Positions 50,186 through 61,164 of a stretch of 64,000 bases of DNA are shown here, in pieces. Within the stretch, counting starts at the first letter, position 1. Every line of letters starts with the position of its first letter. The stretch lies in the NCBI RefSeq assembly GCF_035704785.1, contig NZ_DASSWP010000030.1, positions 17,112-81,111 on the forward strand, written 5' to 3'. The translations under genes were made by a program, and so were the position numbers. The DNA is from Gracilimonas sp. (GTDB taxonomy: Bacteria > Bacteroidota > Rhodothermia > Balneolales > Balneolaceae). The notes under the pieces are model-generated. The model was given only the letters and a program-made list of their open reading frames with translations, was not told where the DNA came from and searched no databases.

Positions 50186-50265
50186 CTTTCAGCATACAGC
50201 GATCAGCTTTCAGTTTTCTTTTTCAAATAATAACTGAAAGCTGAAGCCTAATAGCTGACGGCTAA
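50184..50265. repeat. Heptamer-periodic inverted repeat (AGCTTTC/AGCTGA family)
   Basis: 13-bp perfect arms TCAGCTTTCAGTT (50203-50215) and AACTGAAAGCTGA (50232-50244), flanked by AGC-n4 heptamers. Confidence 0.7.
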
Positions 50266-50332
50266 ACCTTCCTTAGCTTCAACAGTCAAATCAATTACGT
50301 ATTACTTATAAAACTCTATCTTCGAATCAAAC

Positions 50333-51133
50333 ATGAAAACCTACGCCGCTACACTCTACGAAGGTACTTTTTCCGTTGGACTTGATAAAAAATTTGTTCG
50401 CATTGACCGTAATGATCCCCCTGCTAAGGGAGCTTTGAAGCTATCTTTGAATCCGTTTCTTATTCATACCTCTGAACGGAATTACTTGTTTGATTGTGGA
50501 ATTGGGGAATTTGGTGAAGATACCGGGCCTGAAACTATCCGTGAAAACCTCAATGAACATGGTCTATCGGAATTTGATATCACGGACATTTTTCTGAGTC
50601 ATTTGCACTATGATCACATCGGTGGATTAGCACATCGTGAAAGCGGATATTGGGAACTTACTTTTCCCGATGCTAACATCTGGGTTTCAAAGAAGGGATG
50701 GGAAAAAGTGATAGCAAAAGAAGAATATTATGATGCCGAAAAAACGGAATTCATTTCCTTTCTGGATGCTAAAGCTGATTTAAATTTCCTGGATGAAGAA
50801 GATCAGCCTTATCCCGACATCACCGTAAAGAAAATTGGCGGACATACTGAATTTCATCAGGTGCTGCTTTTCGATGACGGTAAACAAAAGTATATGCAGG
50901 CCGGTGATGTAATTGGTACAAAAGGTGCTATCAATAGAAAATATGCCGCGAAATATGATTTTGAGCCAAAAGTAAGCCAACAGCGGCGGGAAGAACTCGC
51001 AAAAAAAGCCTTTGAAGAAGGTTTTGTTATTATGTCTTATCATGAAGACCGAAATCCATTATTCAAACTTACCGGTTATGAAGATAAAACCGGATACAGC
51101 ACAGAAAACATAGATTCGTATGTCCCTGCCTGA
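50333..51133 (+). CDS. Metallo-beta-lactamase fold hydrolase (paralog of 15172..16047)
   Basis: SHLHYDHIGG, GGHT, AGD, YHE. Confidence 0.85.
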   Translation: MKTYAATLYEGTFSVGLDKKFVRIDRNDPPAKGALKLSLNPFLIHTSERNYLFDCGIGEFGEDTGPETIRENLNEHGLSEFDITDIFLSHLHYDHIGGLAHRESGYWELTFPDANIWVSKKGWEKVIAKEEYYDAEKTEFISFLDAKADLNFLDEEDQPYPDITVKKIGGHTEFHQVLLFDDGKQKYMQAGDVIGTKGAINRKYAAKYDFEPKVSQQRREELAKKAFEEGFVIMSYHEDRNPLFKLTGYEDKTGYSTENIDSYVPA

Positions 51134-51911
51134 TTACATTTTGACGATAAAAGATTTTTTGACCGAACATGGGTTCCCTGAACAGATCAATGCTGCCGTC
51201 ATTCTGGGTTCAGGTTTAGGCAGCTTTGGCAATGAAATAGAAAATTCAGATTCCATTCCCTACAAAGATATTCCCTCCTTTCCTCAATCTACCGTGGAAG
51301 GACATTCGGGCTCTCTCATTTTTGGGGAGGTTGAAGATAAAACGGTATTGGCATTTTCAGGCCGGTTTCATCATTATGAGGGACATGCCTTTTCAAAGAC
51401 CGTGCTTCCTGTACAGCTTGCTAAAGCTTTTGAGGTAAATAAACTCATCATTTCTAACGCGGCCGGTGGCATCAATCTGCGTTACCGTGTGGGGGATCTT
51501 ATGATCATCGACAGCATTATAAAGCAGTTCTTTTTGGTTTCGGAACCGGCACTGCACACCTGGGACTCCAATTTTGAGGAATATGCCCGGGAAGTAAAAC
51601 AGATCGCACGGGATCTCGGTATTGAAACTCAGATGGGAAGCTATCTTTTTTCCAAAGGACCCAATTATGAATCCAAGGCTGAAATTCGTGCCTTCCGCAA
51701 AATGGGCGGAGATGCCGTTGGAATGAGCACGGCTCCCGAACTTACCGAAGCAGCAAAACTCGGGGTTAAAACTGCGGCTATTTCCCTCATAACCAATGCA
51801 GCAGCAGGCGTGATCAATCAAAAATTAGATCATGCTGAGGTTAAGGAAGCCGCCGATCAGAAAAAGGATGTTTTTGCGAAGTTGGTTAAGGGATTGATAA
51901 AAGAATTTTAA
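51120..51911 (+). CDS. Purine nucleoside phosphorylase (trimeric, family 2)
   Basis: ILGSGLG, VEGHSG, GRFHHYEG, SNAAGG, GPNYES.AE, VGMST. Confidence 0.9.
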   Translation: MSLPDYILTIKDFLTEHGFPEQINAAVILGSGLGSFGNEIENSDSIPYKDIPSFPQSTVEGHSGSLIFGEVEDKTVLAFSGRFHHYEGHAFSKTVLPVQLAKAFEVNKLIISNAAGGINLRYRVGDLMIIDSIIKQFFLVSEPALHTWDSNFEEYAREVKQIARDLGIETQMGSYLFSKGPNYESKAEIRAFRKMGGDAVGMSTAPELTEAAKLGVKTAAISLITNAAAGVINQKLDHAEVKEAADQKKDVFAKLVKGLIKEF

Positions 51912-51949
51912 ATGTCTGAATGTTGAATTCCTTTAATTCCCCACTACCA

Positions 51950-53500
51950 CTAAAGCGGTAAATTATCATGCTTTTTCTTCGGAACGGTATCTACCTTGTT
52001 CTGAGCTACTTCAAGCTGTTTTATAAGTTTTTGACGGGTTTCGGATGGTAAAATCACATCATCTATAAAACCACGCCCTGCTGCAAGATATGGATGAGCA
52101 AAGTTTTCGCTATACTCATCTTCCAGCTCTTTTTGCTTGGCTTCGGGATCATCTGCTTTTGCAATCTCTTTACGGAAGATAATCTCCACCGCTCCTTTTG
52201 TGCCCATTACCGCGATTTCGGCGGTTGGCCAGGCTACGTTATAGTCCGCCCGGATATGCTTGGAGTTCATTACATCGTAAGCGCCTCCATAGGCCTTACG
52301 GGTAATAACAGTCATCTTAGGCACGGTAGCCTCGCAGAACGCATACAGTAGCTTCGCACCGTGTTTAATGATACCATTCCACTCCTGATCAGTACCGGGA
52401 AGAAATCCGGGTACATCTTCAAATACCACCAATGGAATATTGAAGGCATCACAAAAACGAACAAATCGTGCGCCCTTAAGGGAAGCGTCAATATCAAGTA
52501 CGCCTGCCAGCGAAAGTGGTTGATTAGCCACAACTCCTACACTGCGCCCGCCTAAACGTGCAAATCCAACCACGATATTGTCTGCGTAGTTTTCATGCAC
52601 TTCATAAAAAGAATCTTTATCCATGATCCCGGCAATCACATCATGAATATCATACGGTTTGTTGGGATTGAGCGGAACCAGATCTTCCAGTGCTTTTGCT
52701 TTAGCTGAATCCGGTTCTTTGGACTCGATCATCGGCACTTTTTCCTCGCAGTTCTGAGGAACATACTTCATCAATTCTCTGATATCATTCAAACAAACCG
52801 CATCATTTGCACTGGAAAAATGAGATACGCCCGATTTAGTACTGTGGGTTGATGCTCCACCCAGTTCTTCTGAAGTCACTTCTTCGTGTGTTACGGTTTT
52901 TACAACATTCGGTCCGGTAACAAACATGTAGCTGGTATTTTCAACCATAAAAATAAAATCGGTAAGTGCAGGGCTGTAAACCGCGCCACCTGCACAAGGT
53001 CCCATTACTGCAGATATCTGTGGCACAACACCGGAAGCCATACTGTTTCTCCAGAATACTTCAGCATATCCCCCTAATGAAGAAACCCCTTCCTGAATTC
53101 GAGCTCCGCCGGAATCATTCAGTCCTATAATGGGAACGCCATTTTTAAGGGCCAGATCCATGATCTTGCAAATCTTCTCAGCATGAGTTTCAGATAAAGA
53201 TCCCCCAAAAACAGTGAAATCCTGACTGAATACATAAACCGGCCGGCCGTGGATATTCCCATATCCTGTTACCACTCCGTCTCCCAGAAACTGTTTCTCC
53301 TCTAAACCAAATGCCGTGCTTCTGTGAGTCACAAACTTGTCAATTTCCTCGAAAGAGCCTTTATCCAATAGCAGATCGATACGCTCCCGGGCCGTTAACT
53401 TGCCTTTTTCATGTTGTTTTTCAATTCGGGATTTTCCTCCGCCTTTTCTTGCGTCTTCTCTTAATTTTTGAAGTCTTTCTACTTTTGGATTGGTTGGCAT
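51950..53500 (-). CDS. pccB: Acyl-CoA carboxylase carboxyltransferase beta subunit (propionyl-CoA carboxylase-like)
   Basis: [54 protein letters not shown]. Confidence 0.9.
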   Translation of the reverse strand: MPTNPKVERLQKLREDARKGGGKSRIEKQHEKGKLTARERIDLLLDKGSFEEIDKFVTHRSTAFGLEEKQFLGDGVVTGYGNIHGRPVYVFSQDFTVFGGSLSETHAEKICKIMDLALKNGVPIIGLNDSGGARIQEGVSSLGGYAEVFWRNSMASGVVPQISAVMGPCAGGAVYSPALTDFIFMVENTSYMFVTGPNVVKTVTHEEVTSEELGGASTHSTKSGVSHFSSANDAVCLNDIRELMKYVPQNCEEKVPMIESKEPDSAKAKALEDLVPLNPNKPYDIHDVIAGIMDKDSFYEVHENYADNIVVGFARLGGRSVGVVANQPLSLAGVLDIDASLKGARFVRFCDAFNIPLVVFEDVPGFLPGTDQEWNGIIKHGAKLLYAFCEATVPKMTVITRKAYGGAYDVMNSKHIRADYNVAWPTAEIAVMGTKGAVEIIFRKEIAKADDPEAKQKELEDEYSENFAHPYLAAGRGFIDDVILPSETRQKLIKQLEVAQNKVDTVPKKKHDNLPL

Positions 53501-53513
53501 AAATAACTATTGG

Positions 53514-55166
53514 TTAGGTTTTATATTCATCAAAATAGGATTGCAGCTTGTCTGTAAAATCAACAACTGCTTCCGAAAGCATATCTACTTTATTGGCTGA
53601 AAAAACATCTTTTTCAAGATAATCGGATGCATCGTCCCAGCTATCTGATTCCTGAATTTTCTTAAGAGAGCTTTCGTATTCCTTTTTTTTCCCTTTAAAA
53701 ATTTCTTTTATAAATACTTTTTCTTGTCCTATCAGGAAATCTTTAAGCTCAGGTACTTCATCTTCAACCTCAGCATCTTCTTCATCAACTAAAGTATCCT
53801 CATCTATTAACGTATCCGCATCCGAAGCTTTACTTTTGCCCATCATCACTTCCATTTGATCCGGACGCAGAAATTTTTGCCACATCGGCTCAGGTTCACC
53901 TGCCCCTTCTTCATTAAGGTCATCATCAGCTTCTTCCATCAGAGAATTCAATTCATCTACTTCTTCCGGGTCTTCTTCTTTAGGTGTTTCTTTTTTCAGC
54001 TCTGCTGACTTTTTCTTATCAGCCTTATCTTCTTTTTTGCTTTCTTTCTTCCCCTGCTCTTCTTCTTTTTCTTCCTTTGTCAAGTTCTTGAAAGAACTTG
54101 CAGCCTGATCGAGCACGGTTACTAAATTCTTGCGAAATTTCTTTATCTCATCCGTCTGTTCCCCATCTTTAAGAGATTTGGAGATCTCGTCAGCATCCGG
54201 CACTTCCTCAAACTCTTCAAAAATGGTCTTGTCTTTTTGCTCCGTTTTAAAAAGTTCATTGAATGACTCTTCATCCGTCATTTGAGGATCATTGGCGTTG
54301 TAATCTCCAAAAAAACTGTCTAAAAGCCTTTGTTCTTTTTCGTCGATCTGCTCCACTTCTTCCTCATCAGGATCATCAAATCGATTCTTTTGGGCAATGA
54401 GTTCTTCACGAAACTGATCCCTGAATTTTTCCTGCAGCTTCACATCTAAAAGATCAGGGTATGAGAGAATCTCAATAAAGCGCTCTTTTGTTATTTCCTC
54501 CTCCAACTCATTAAATGCTTTGGCCGTTAAATAAAGTCCCTTGTCTTCAAAGAAAAGCTGAATTAATTTCGCATCGATTTGCCCGCCAAACAGCTTAAAT
54601 AACAACTCGAGTATTTGTGCCCAGTCTTTTGCAGTATAAGAGGCAACCAGATTTGCATCCAGGTTATGGATCAATAGCTTACATCTCTTTTTCTCTAAAG
54701 TCTTCAGCTTCCGCTTTTGCATATACAGCGGGATAGCCCGGCCAAAATGCTTATAGATAGTCAGCTTTTCGGTACGATTGAGAAGTTCTTCGTAACCGAG
54801 CTCTTCTTCCCCTTTATAAATATATTCAGCCATATGCTGCCGGGGTTCCAGATAAACTTTTATGATATCGGTTACGACCTGGCCCGCAATTTCATAAAAT
54901 TTTTCCTTTGGGATCCGGGAGTTTGCAAATAAAGCATGCTGAAAGTCTTTCCATGCATCTTGTACCAGAGGCTGATCAATGTTTGCCCATTCCGTATCCT
55001 CGAGCACAAATTCTTTCTTCAGCTTCTCATTTACTTCTATTCTGATCCTTTCCACTATAAACGATGGGAACCCCGCTGAAAGAAAGTCTTTTAGCATGTA
55101 ATAGGGCTTGTCAGATTTAACAGCTCCTATTAGCTTATCAATAATATTTTCTACTGATCGGTACAT
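53514..55166 (-). CDS. Hypothetical acidic protein: N-terminal helical domain, D/E/K-rich linker and C-terminal domain
   Basis: Long uninterrupted ORF; likely start MYRSVE at 55166. Confidence 0.75.
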   Translation of the reverse strand: MYRSVENIIDKLIGAVKSDKPYYMLKDFLSAGFPSFIVERIRIEVNEKLKKEFVLEDTEWANIDQPLVQDAWKDFQHALFANSRIPKEKFYEIAGQVVTDIIKVYLEPRQHMAEYIYKGEEELGYEELLNRTEKLTIYKHFGRAIPLYMQKRKLKTLEKKRCKLLIHNLDANLVASYTAKDWAQILELLFKLFGGQIDAKLIQLFFEDKGLYLTAKAFNELEEEITKERFIEILSYPDLLDVKLQEKFRDQFREELIAQKNRFDDPDEEEVEQIDEKEQRLLDSFFGDYNANDPQMTDEESFNELFKTEQKDKTIFEEFEEVPDADEISKSLKDGEQTDEIKKFRKNLVTVLDQAASSFKNLTKEEKEEEQGKKESKKEDKADKKKSAELKKETPKEEDPEEVDELNSLMEEADDDLNEEGAGEPEPMWQKFLRPDQMEVMMGKSKASDADTLIDEDTLVDEEDAEVEDEVPELKDFLIGQEKVFIKEIFKGKKKEYESSLKKIQESDSWDDASDYLEKDVFSANKVDMLSEAVVDFTDKLQSYFDEYKT

Positions 55167-55305
55167 ATCCCAATTTATAAATTTATTGAAAATAAAGCCT
55201 GTCGAGTCGCAATACAATTAAGGATTTAGTAATTCTTTTATTGTTTTCAAACTTAACGAATTGATTTCGAATTCTTATTAATCCTAAACTTGCTACCTTA
55301 AGGGC

Positions 55306-55917
55306 ATGATTTCAGTACAAGTTAACAATCTTACAAAAAAATATAATCAGCATACTATTTTTTCAGAGCTTAATTTTGAGCATGAAAAAGGGGTTCTGGG
55401 AATTTCCGGTGAGAATGGAAGCGGGAAGTCTACCTTGATGAAATGCCTTGTTTATCTCTTGCGACCCAATGCCGGTTCCATCAGTTGGAAAAATGGGCCA
55501 AAATTGATGGGCCAAAAGCAGGTAAAAGCTAAGGTCGGATACCTTGCCCCCTACATCAATTTATATTCTGAACTTTCTGTACTAGAGAATTTACGCTTCC
55601 TTATTGAGGCCGGGGGGATAAAAGCTGATGAAGATCAGTTATCAGGATTACTCGGAAAAATGGAGATCATCCATCTTAAAGACCAGCTGTTTGGTAAACT
55701 TTCAACGGGACAGCAGCAACGAGCTAAACTTGCAGCTGCCTTAGTGCGAGATCCGCAGATCCTATTGCTGGATGAACCCGGTTCTAATCTGGATAAAAAA
55801 GGGCACGAGCTGGTAACTCGCATCGTTCGGGAAGCATCTGAAGCCGAAAAACTTGTTTTCATTGCCTCTAACGATCCCGCCGAAATTGCACTTTGTGACG
55901 AGGTTGTAGAGCTTTGA
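55306..55917 (+). CDS. ABC ATP-binding protein, CcmA-like
   Basis: GENGSGKS, YSELSVLENL, LSTGQQQR, LLDEP; about 200 aa as for CcmA. Confidence 0.75.
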   Translation: MISVQVNNLTKKYNQHTIFSELNFEHEKGVLGISGENGSGKSTLMKCLVYLLRPNAGSISWKNGPKLMGQKQVKAKVGYLAPYINLYSELSVLENLRFLIEAGGIKADEDQLSGLLGKMEIIHLKDQLFGKLSTGQQQRAKLAAALVRDPQILLLDEPGSNLDKKGHELVTRIVREASEAEKLVFIASNDPAEIALCDEVVEL

Positions 55918-56035
55918 CTATGTTTGATATTTCAAAAGAATCAGCCCCATTTTATCACTTCATAACTAACTTCTATTTCCTTTAACTTCCATCAGGGAAA
56001 CTTCTAATCCAAAACTTTTAATTTCCACTTTCCAC

Positions 56036-57136
56036 ATGATTTCAGAACACGATCAAAAACTGGCCAAGCTTATTCTTGAACACAGCACCGAAGTTCAAAA
56101 AGGACAAAATGTAATGGTGCAGCTTATCGGGCTAAACGGCATCGACCTTTTGCAGGCATTGGTTGCCCAGATCAGAGCTAAAGATGCTCATCCATTCATA
56201 AAAATTGAAGATGCTGAAACGCAACGAATATTGATCGAAAACGGGAATGAGGGATTTTGGAAAAATCAGGCTGAGGTTGATCAGCTCCCGCTTATGAAGC
56301 AGATGGATGCTTTTATCGGGATTCGTGCTTCGCAGAATATCTACGAGAATTCACAAGCAAGCAAAGAAGCGAACAAAGCCTACTCCGAGCATTTCCTTCA
56401 TCCTGTTCACTTTGATGAGCGCGTCAACAACACCAATTGGTGCATCATGCGCTACCCTTCCGCCGCCTTTGCCATGAACGCGAAAATGCCGACTTCAGCT
56501 TTTGCTGAATTTTATTACAAAGCCTGTCTGGTAGATTACGGTCAGCTCGAAGAGGCCATGAAGCCGCTCGAAAAAAGATTGCGTGCCACTGATGAGATCC
56601 ATTTGAAAGGCGAAGGAACCGATATTAAATTTTCGGTAAAAGGACAGAATTGGGTGCCTTGCTTCGGGAAACGGAATATCCCGGATGGCGAGCTGTTCAC
56701 ATCTCCTGTACTTGATTCCGTAAATGGGGTCATTACCTATGCTCCCTCTGTATATCAGGGCAAGCCTTTTGAATTTGTGAAACTCGAAGTAAAAGACGGC
56801 GTTGTAGTGGATTTCGATTCCTCTAACAATGAAGCCCTTAAAGACATTCTTGACACTGATGAAGGCGCCAGCCGATTCGGTGAATTCAGCTTTGGGCTAA
56901 ATCCGGTGATCGAAAGTCCGATGTATGACATCCTGTTTGATGAAAAGATCTACGGCTCTAACCATCTTACCCTCGGTAAAGATTACGAAATTGCACCTAA
57001 CGGAAACTCCAGTAACATCCACTGGGATCTCGTTTGTATCGGTGCCAATGTGTATCTGGATGGGGAATTGGTTCGTGAAGGCCGGAAATTCGTAGTCGAT
57101 GATCTGAAAGGACTCAATCCGGAAGAGCTGCTTTAG
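56036..57136 (+). CDS. M29 family (thermophilic metalloprotease) aminopeptidase
   Basis: NIPDGELFTSP, FGEFSFG, LFDEKI...HLTLG, IHWDLV. Confidence 0.9.
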   Translation: MISEHDQKLAKLILEHSTEVQKGQNVMVQLIGLNGIDLLQALVAQIRAKDAHPFIKIEDAETQRILIENGNEGFWKNQAEVDQLPLMKQMDAFIGIRASQNIYENSQASKEANKAYSEHFLHPVHFDERVNNTNWCIMRYPSAAFAMNAKMPTSAFAEFYYKACLVDYGQLEEAMKPLEKRLRATDEIHLKGEGTDIKFSVKGQNWVPCFGKRNIPDGELFTSPVLDSVNGVITYAPSVYQGKPFEFVKLEVKDGVVVDFDSSNNEALKDILDTDEGASRFGEFSFGLNPVIESPMYDILFDEKIYGSNHLTLGKDYEIAPNGNSSNIHWDLVCIGANVYLDGELVREGRKFVVDDLKGLNPEELL

Positions 57137-57260
57137 GGCATCACATTTTACAGGACTATATCCTCTGCTATTGCACTGCAACGGAATCACATAAGACTAT
57201 TTTAATACATCCCTTTCTTACAGGTTTGTATCTTATGCTAAGAATAAATGCGGGAGCAAA

Positions 57261-57686
57261 ATGCGAAATTTAATATGGATCTTTGGGGTAACTCTCGGGC
57301 TCGCCTCCCTGATCCTTAAAGGTATCGAACTTTACTACTCTGTCAGTATTATACCGACTGAATTATATATTGGCATCGTAGCGGTTCTTTTTATAGGATC
57401 TGCTATTTGGATAGTGAATAGATTCACTTCAATGTCACCTAAAGAACCAGGAAGAAAACCATTCAAGAGAAATGAACATGTTTTTCAAGCTTTGGATGTC
57501 ACTGCACAGGAGCTTAAAGTGCTGAAGCAGCTAGCAAAAGGTCGTTCAAATCAAGAAATAGCTGATGAATTGGCTATCTCAACCAATAAAGTAAAAAACA
57601 CGCTATCCCGAGTATATAAAAAGCTGGAAGTAGATCGCCGGAGTATGGCTGTTAAGAAAGCAAAATCCCTTAAGCTCATTTCTTAG
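57261..57686 (+). CDS. Membrane-anchored LuxR-family HTH regulator
   Basis: Two N-terminal hydrophobic helices; VTAQELKVLKQLAKGRSNQEIADEL.IS..KVK..LSRVYKKL. Confidence 0.85.
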   Translation: MRNLIWIFGVTLGLASLILKGIELYYSVSIIPTELYIGIVAVLFIGSAIWIVNRFTSMSPKEPGRKPFKRNEHVFQALDVTAQELKVLKQLAKGRSNQEIADELAISTNKVKNTLSRVYKKLEVDRRSMAVKKAKSLKLIS

Positions 57687-57794
57687 TTTATCACACGTTC
57701 AAGCTTTTGCACCTTTCGTTTTTCTTGTTCGTGATTTATTTCCGATTTATCCCGTATTTATAAGCCATCTAATTCTTACTACAATTAAGGTAAC

Positions 57795-58217
57795 ATGAAA
57801 AAGCGAGTAACAGGACTAGGCGGAATTTTCTTTAAAAGTGAAGATCCAAAGGCATCAAAGGAATGGTATAAGAAACATCTCGGGATAGATAATGGCCAAT
57901 ATGGCGGAACCTTTGAATGGCGGCATGCTGAAGACCCCAACAAAAAAGGATTTACCGCCTGGAGTGTGTTTGATCATAAAACCGAATACACCGATCCAAG
58001 TACCAAAGACTTTATGATCAATTATAGGGTTGAAAACCTGGAAGAACTACTCAAAACACTGAGAAAAGAAGGGGTAGAAGTGGTCGGTGAGATGGAGGTA
58101 TTCGAATACGGTAAGTTCGGCTGGATCATGGACCCTAATGGAATCAAGATCGAACTTTGGGAGCCCAATGATGAGGAATATGATAAGATAAAAGGTGAGA
58201 CGAATTTGAGTAGTTGA
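57795..58217 (+). CDS. VOC/glyoxalase family protein
   Basis: VTGLGGIFFKSEDP, MINYRVENL, YGKFGWIMDPNGIKIELWEP. Confidence 0.9.
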   Translation: MKKRVTGLGGIFFKSEDPKASKEWYKKHLGIDNGQYGGTFEWRHAEDPNKKGFTAWSVFDHKTEYTDPSTKDFMINYRVENLEELLKTLRKEGVEVVGEMEVFEYGKFGWIMDPNGIKIELWEPNDEEYDKIKGETNLSS

Positions 58218-58235
58218 ACCGGCATAGGCTACGTT

Positions 58236-58661
58236 TCAACCCAACAGCTTTTTGATCTCTTGAATCTTGTGATTTCGATCTATGGAGTAGACATTACCTT
58301 GCTCTTCGATATGAGTGTAAATATCCAGGGAACGCTGTAACAGTTCTGTAATTTTTCCTGACCACTTTTGATCCTCTTCCAAAGTATTTGCGATCGAATA
58401 AAACAAATCGGCCATCTGCTCCAGGTTTTCCTTATTCATCCCTTCTTTTTGCTCCAGCGTTTGGATCATTTCTTTTGAATTCATTTCTAAAAGAGATCCT
58501 AAATCCAATTCCAGCTGTTCATTTAGCGCATTATTGGTGATCTCAAATACTTGTTGTGCCTGCCCGGTTTCCTTAAGACCAACCACAGCAGCGATCACCT
58601 TAGCCAATACCTGGGAAAGCTGATGGATTTGCCGCATGATATAATCATTACTGTTGAGCAT
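58236..58661 (-). CDS. Hypothetical protein, DUF6483-like
   Basis: DYIMRQIHQL N-terminal motif; helical. Confidence 0.6.
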   Translation of the reverse strand: MLNSNDYIMRQIHQLSQVLAKVIAAVVGLKETGQAQQVFEITNNALNEQLELDLGSLLEMNSKEMIQTLEQKEGMNKENLEQMADLFYSIANTLEEDQKWSGKITELLQRSLDIYTHIEEQGNVYSIDRNHKIQEIKKLLG

Positions 58662-58718
58662 GAGAACTATTTTTTAATATGTCACTGTGAGAAATCGATC
58701 ATTCGAATTTTGGGTCTA

Positions 58719-60032
58719 TTAATCATTCTTGATATCCCCGATCGTCTCCTCAAAAGCCGTCAAGGTATTACTGATATCATCAGAGGAAAGTGCATTGCTT
58801 AGGAAAAAAGCTTCAAAGGGTGACGGAGGTAAATGCACGCCTCGCTTCAGCATGCCATGGAAGATCTTCCCGAATAGCTCTTTATCTGTGCGATTGGCAT
58901 CATCAAACGTCTCTACCGGACCTTCACAATAAAACACTCCTACCATAGAACCTACCCGATTTATAGCATGGGTAATGTCATGATCGCTGAGGATTTTCCC
59001 AATCCCATTGGCCAATACGGATGCTTTTTTCTCCAATTCTCCGTACACCTGTGGATTTTCCTTCAGTTTCTTGAGCAACGTAAACCCCGCCGCCATCGCC
59101 AGCGGATTTCCGGAAAGCGTTCCCGCCTGATATACCGGACCGGTTGGCGCTACATAATCCATGATCTCTCCTTTACCACCATAAGCTCCAACAGGCAATC
59201 CTGCCCCTATGATCTTGCCGTAAGTTACCATATCCGCCGTTACGCCATAAACTTTTTGGGCGCCCTGGAAATCTACGCGGAAGCCGGTCATCACCTCATC
59301 AAAAATGAGAACGATATCGTGCTCATCACACAGATCGCGAAGTCCCTGCAAAAAACCTTCTTTGGGAGGGATGCATCCCATATTCCCGGCAATGGGTTCC
59401 AGGATGATCGCTGACATATCATCTTTGTTGGCTTCCACTAATTTCTTCACAGAATCGAGATTGTTGTACTCAGCATTCAGGGTGTCTTTAGCTGTTCCCT
59501 CGGTTACACCAGGACTGCTTGGCTCTCCCATCGTCAACGCCCCACTTCCCGCTTCTATCAGAAACGAATCCCCATGCCCGTGATAATTTCCTTTGAACTT
59601 GATGATCTTGTTCTTGCCGGTATATCCGCGAGCTACACGAATGGCACTCATGGTGGCTTCGGTTCCGGAATTTACCATACGGACTTTATCCACTCCGGGA
59701 ACTGAGCTTGTAATGAGTTCCGCCATATCTACTTCAAGTCGAGTTGGGGCTCCGAATGAGGTGGAATTCACTGCCGTTTCCTGCACAGCTTTTACCACGT
59801 CGGGCTCGGCATGACCTAACAGCATCGGGCCCCACGAACTGATGTAGTCGATGTACTTATTTCCATCTTCATCCCACAAATAAGCACCCTTGGCTTTAGT
59901 GATAAAGATCGGCGTTCCCCCCACACTGTTGAACGCCCGAACCGGAGAATTCACTCCGCCCGGAATGACTTTTGATGCTCGTTCGAAAAGGTCTTTGCTG
60001 TTTTGGTAACTCATATCTCTGTTCATTTCCAA
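58719..60032 (-). CDS. hemL: Glutamate-1-semialdehyde 2,1-aminomutase
   Basis: PGGVNSPVRAF, VNSGTEATM, FDEVMTGFR, GKIIGAGLPVGAYGG; start may be 60014. Confidence 0.97.
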   Translation of the reverse strand: MEMNRDMSYQNSKDLFERASKVIPGGVNSPVRAFNSVGGTPIFITKAKGAYLWDEDGNKYIDYISSWGPMLLGHAEPDVVKAVQETAVNSTSFGAPTRLEVDMAELITSSVPGVDKVRMVNSGTEATMSAIRVARGYTGKNKIIKFKGNYHGHGDSFLIEAGSGALTMGEPSSPGVTEGTAKDTLNAEYNNLDSVKKLVEANKDDMSAIILEPIAGNMGCIPPKEGFLQGLRDLCDEHDIVLIFDEVMTGFRVDFQGAQKVYGVTADMVTYGKIIGAGLPVGAYGGKGEIMDYVAPTGPVYQAGTLSGNPLAMAAGFTLLKKLKENPQVYGELEKKASVLANGIGKILSDHDITHAINRVGSMVGVFYCEGPVETFDDANRTDKELFGKIFHGMLKRGVHLPPSPFEAFFLSNALSSDDISNTLTAFEETIGDIKND

Positions 60033-60049
60033 TCAAATTCAATTTTTAA

Positions 60050-60087
60050 TACAGGGCGAATGTTCCGATTTATCGGAACCCCTACGA
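60050..60087. repeat. REP-like element with hairpin GTTCCGAT-TT-ATCGGAAC and a CCCTAC end
   Basis: Perfect 8-bp stem (60062-60079); the minus strand reads GTAGGGG..., as in GTAG-type REPs. Confidence 0.6.
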
Positions 60088-60095
60088 TATTCAAA

Positions 60096-61160
<1,065 letters not shown>

Positions 61161-61164
61161 TTAT

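Noticed and set aside
57153-57163. GGA-N5-TCC match to the Bacteroidetes non-canonical LexA box
   Set aside because: Six informative bases occur often by chance in 64 kb; absent from the lexA promoter, and this LexA looks canonical
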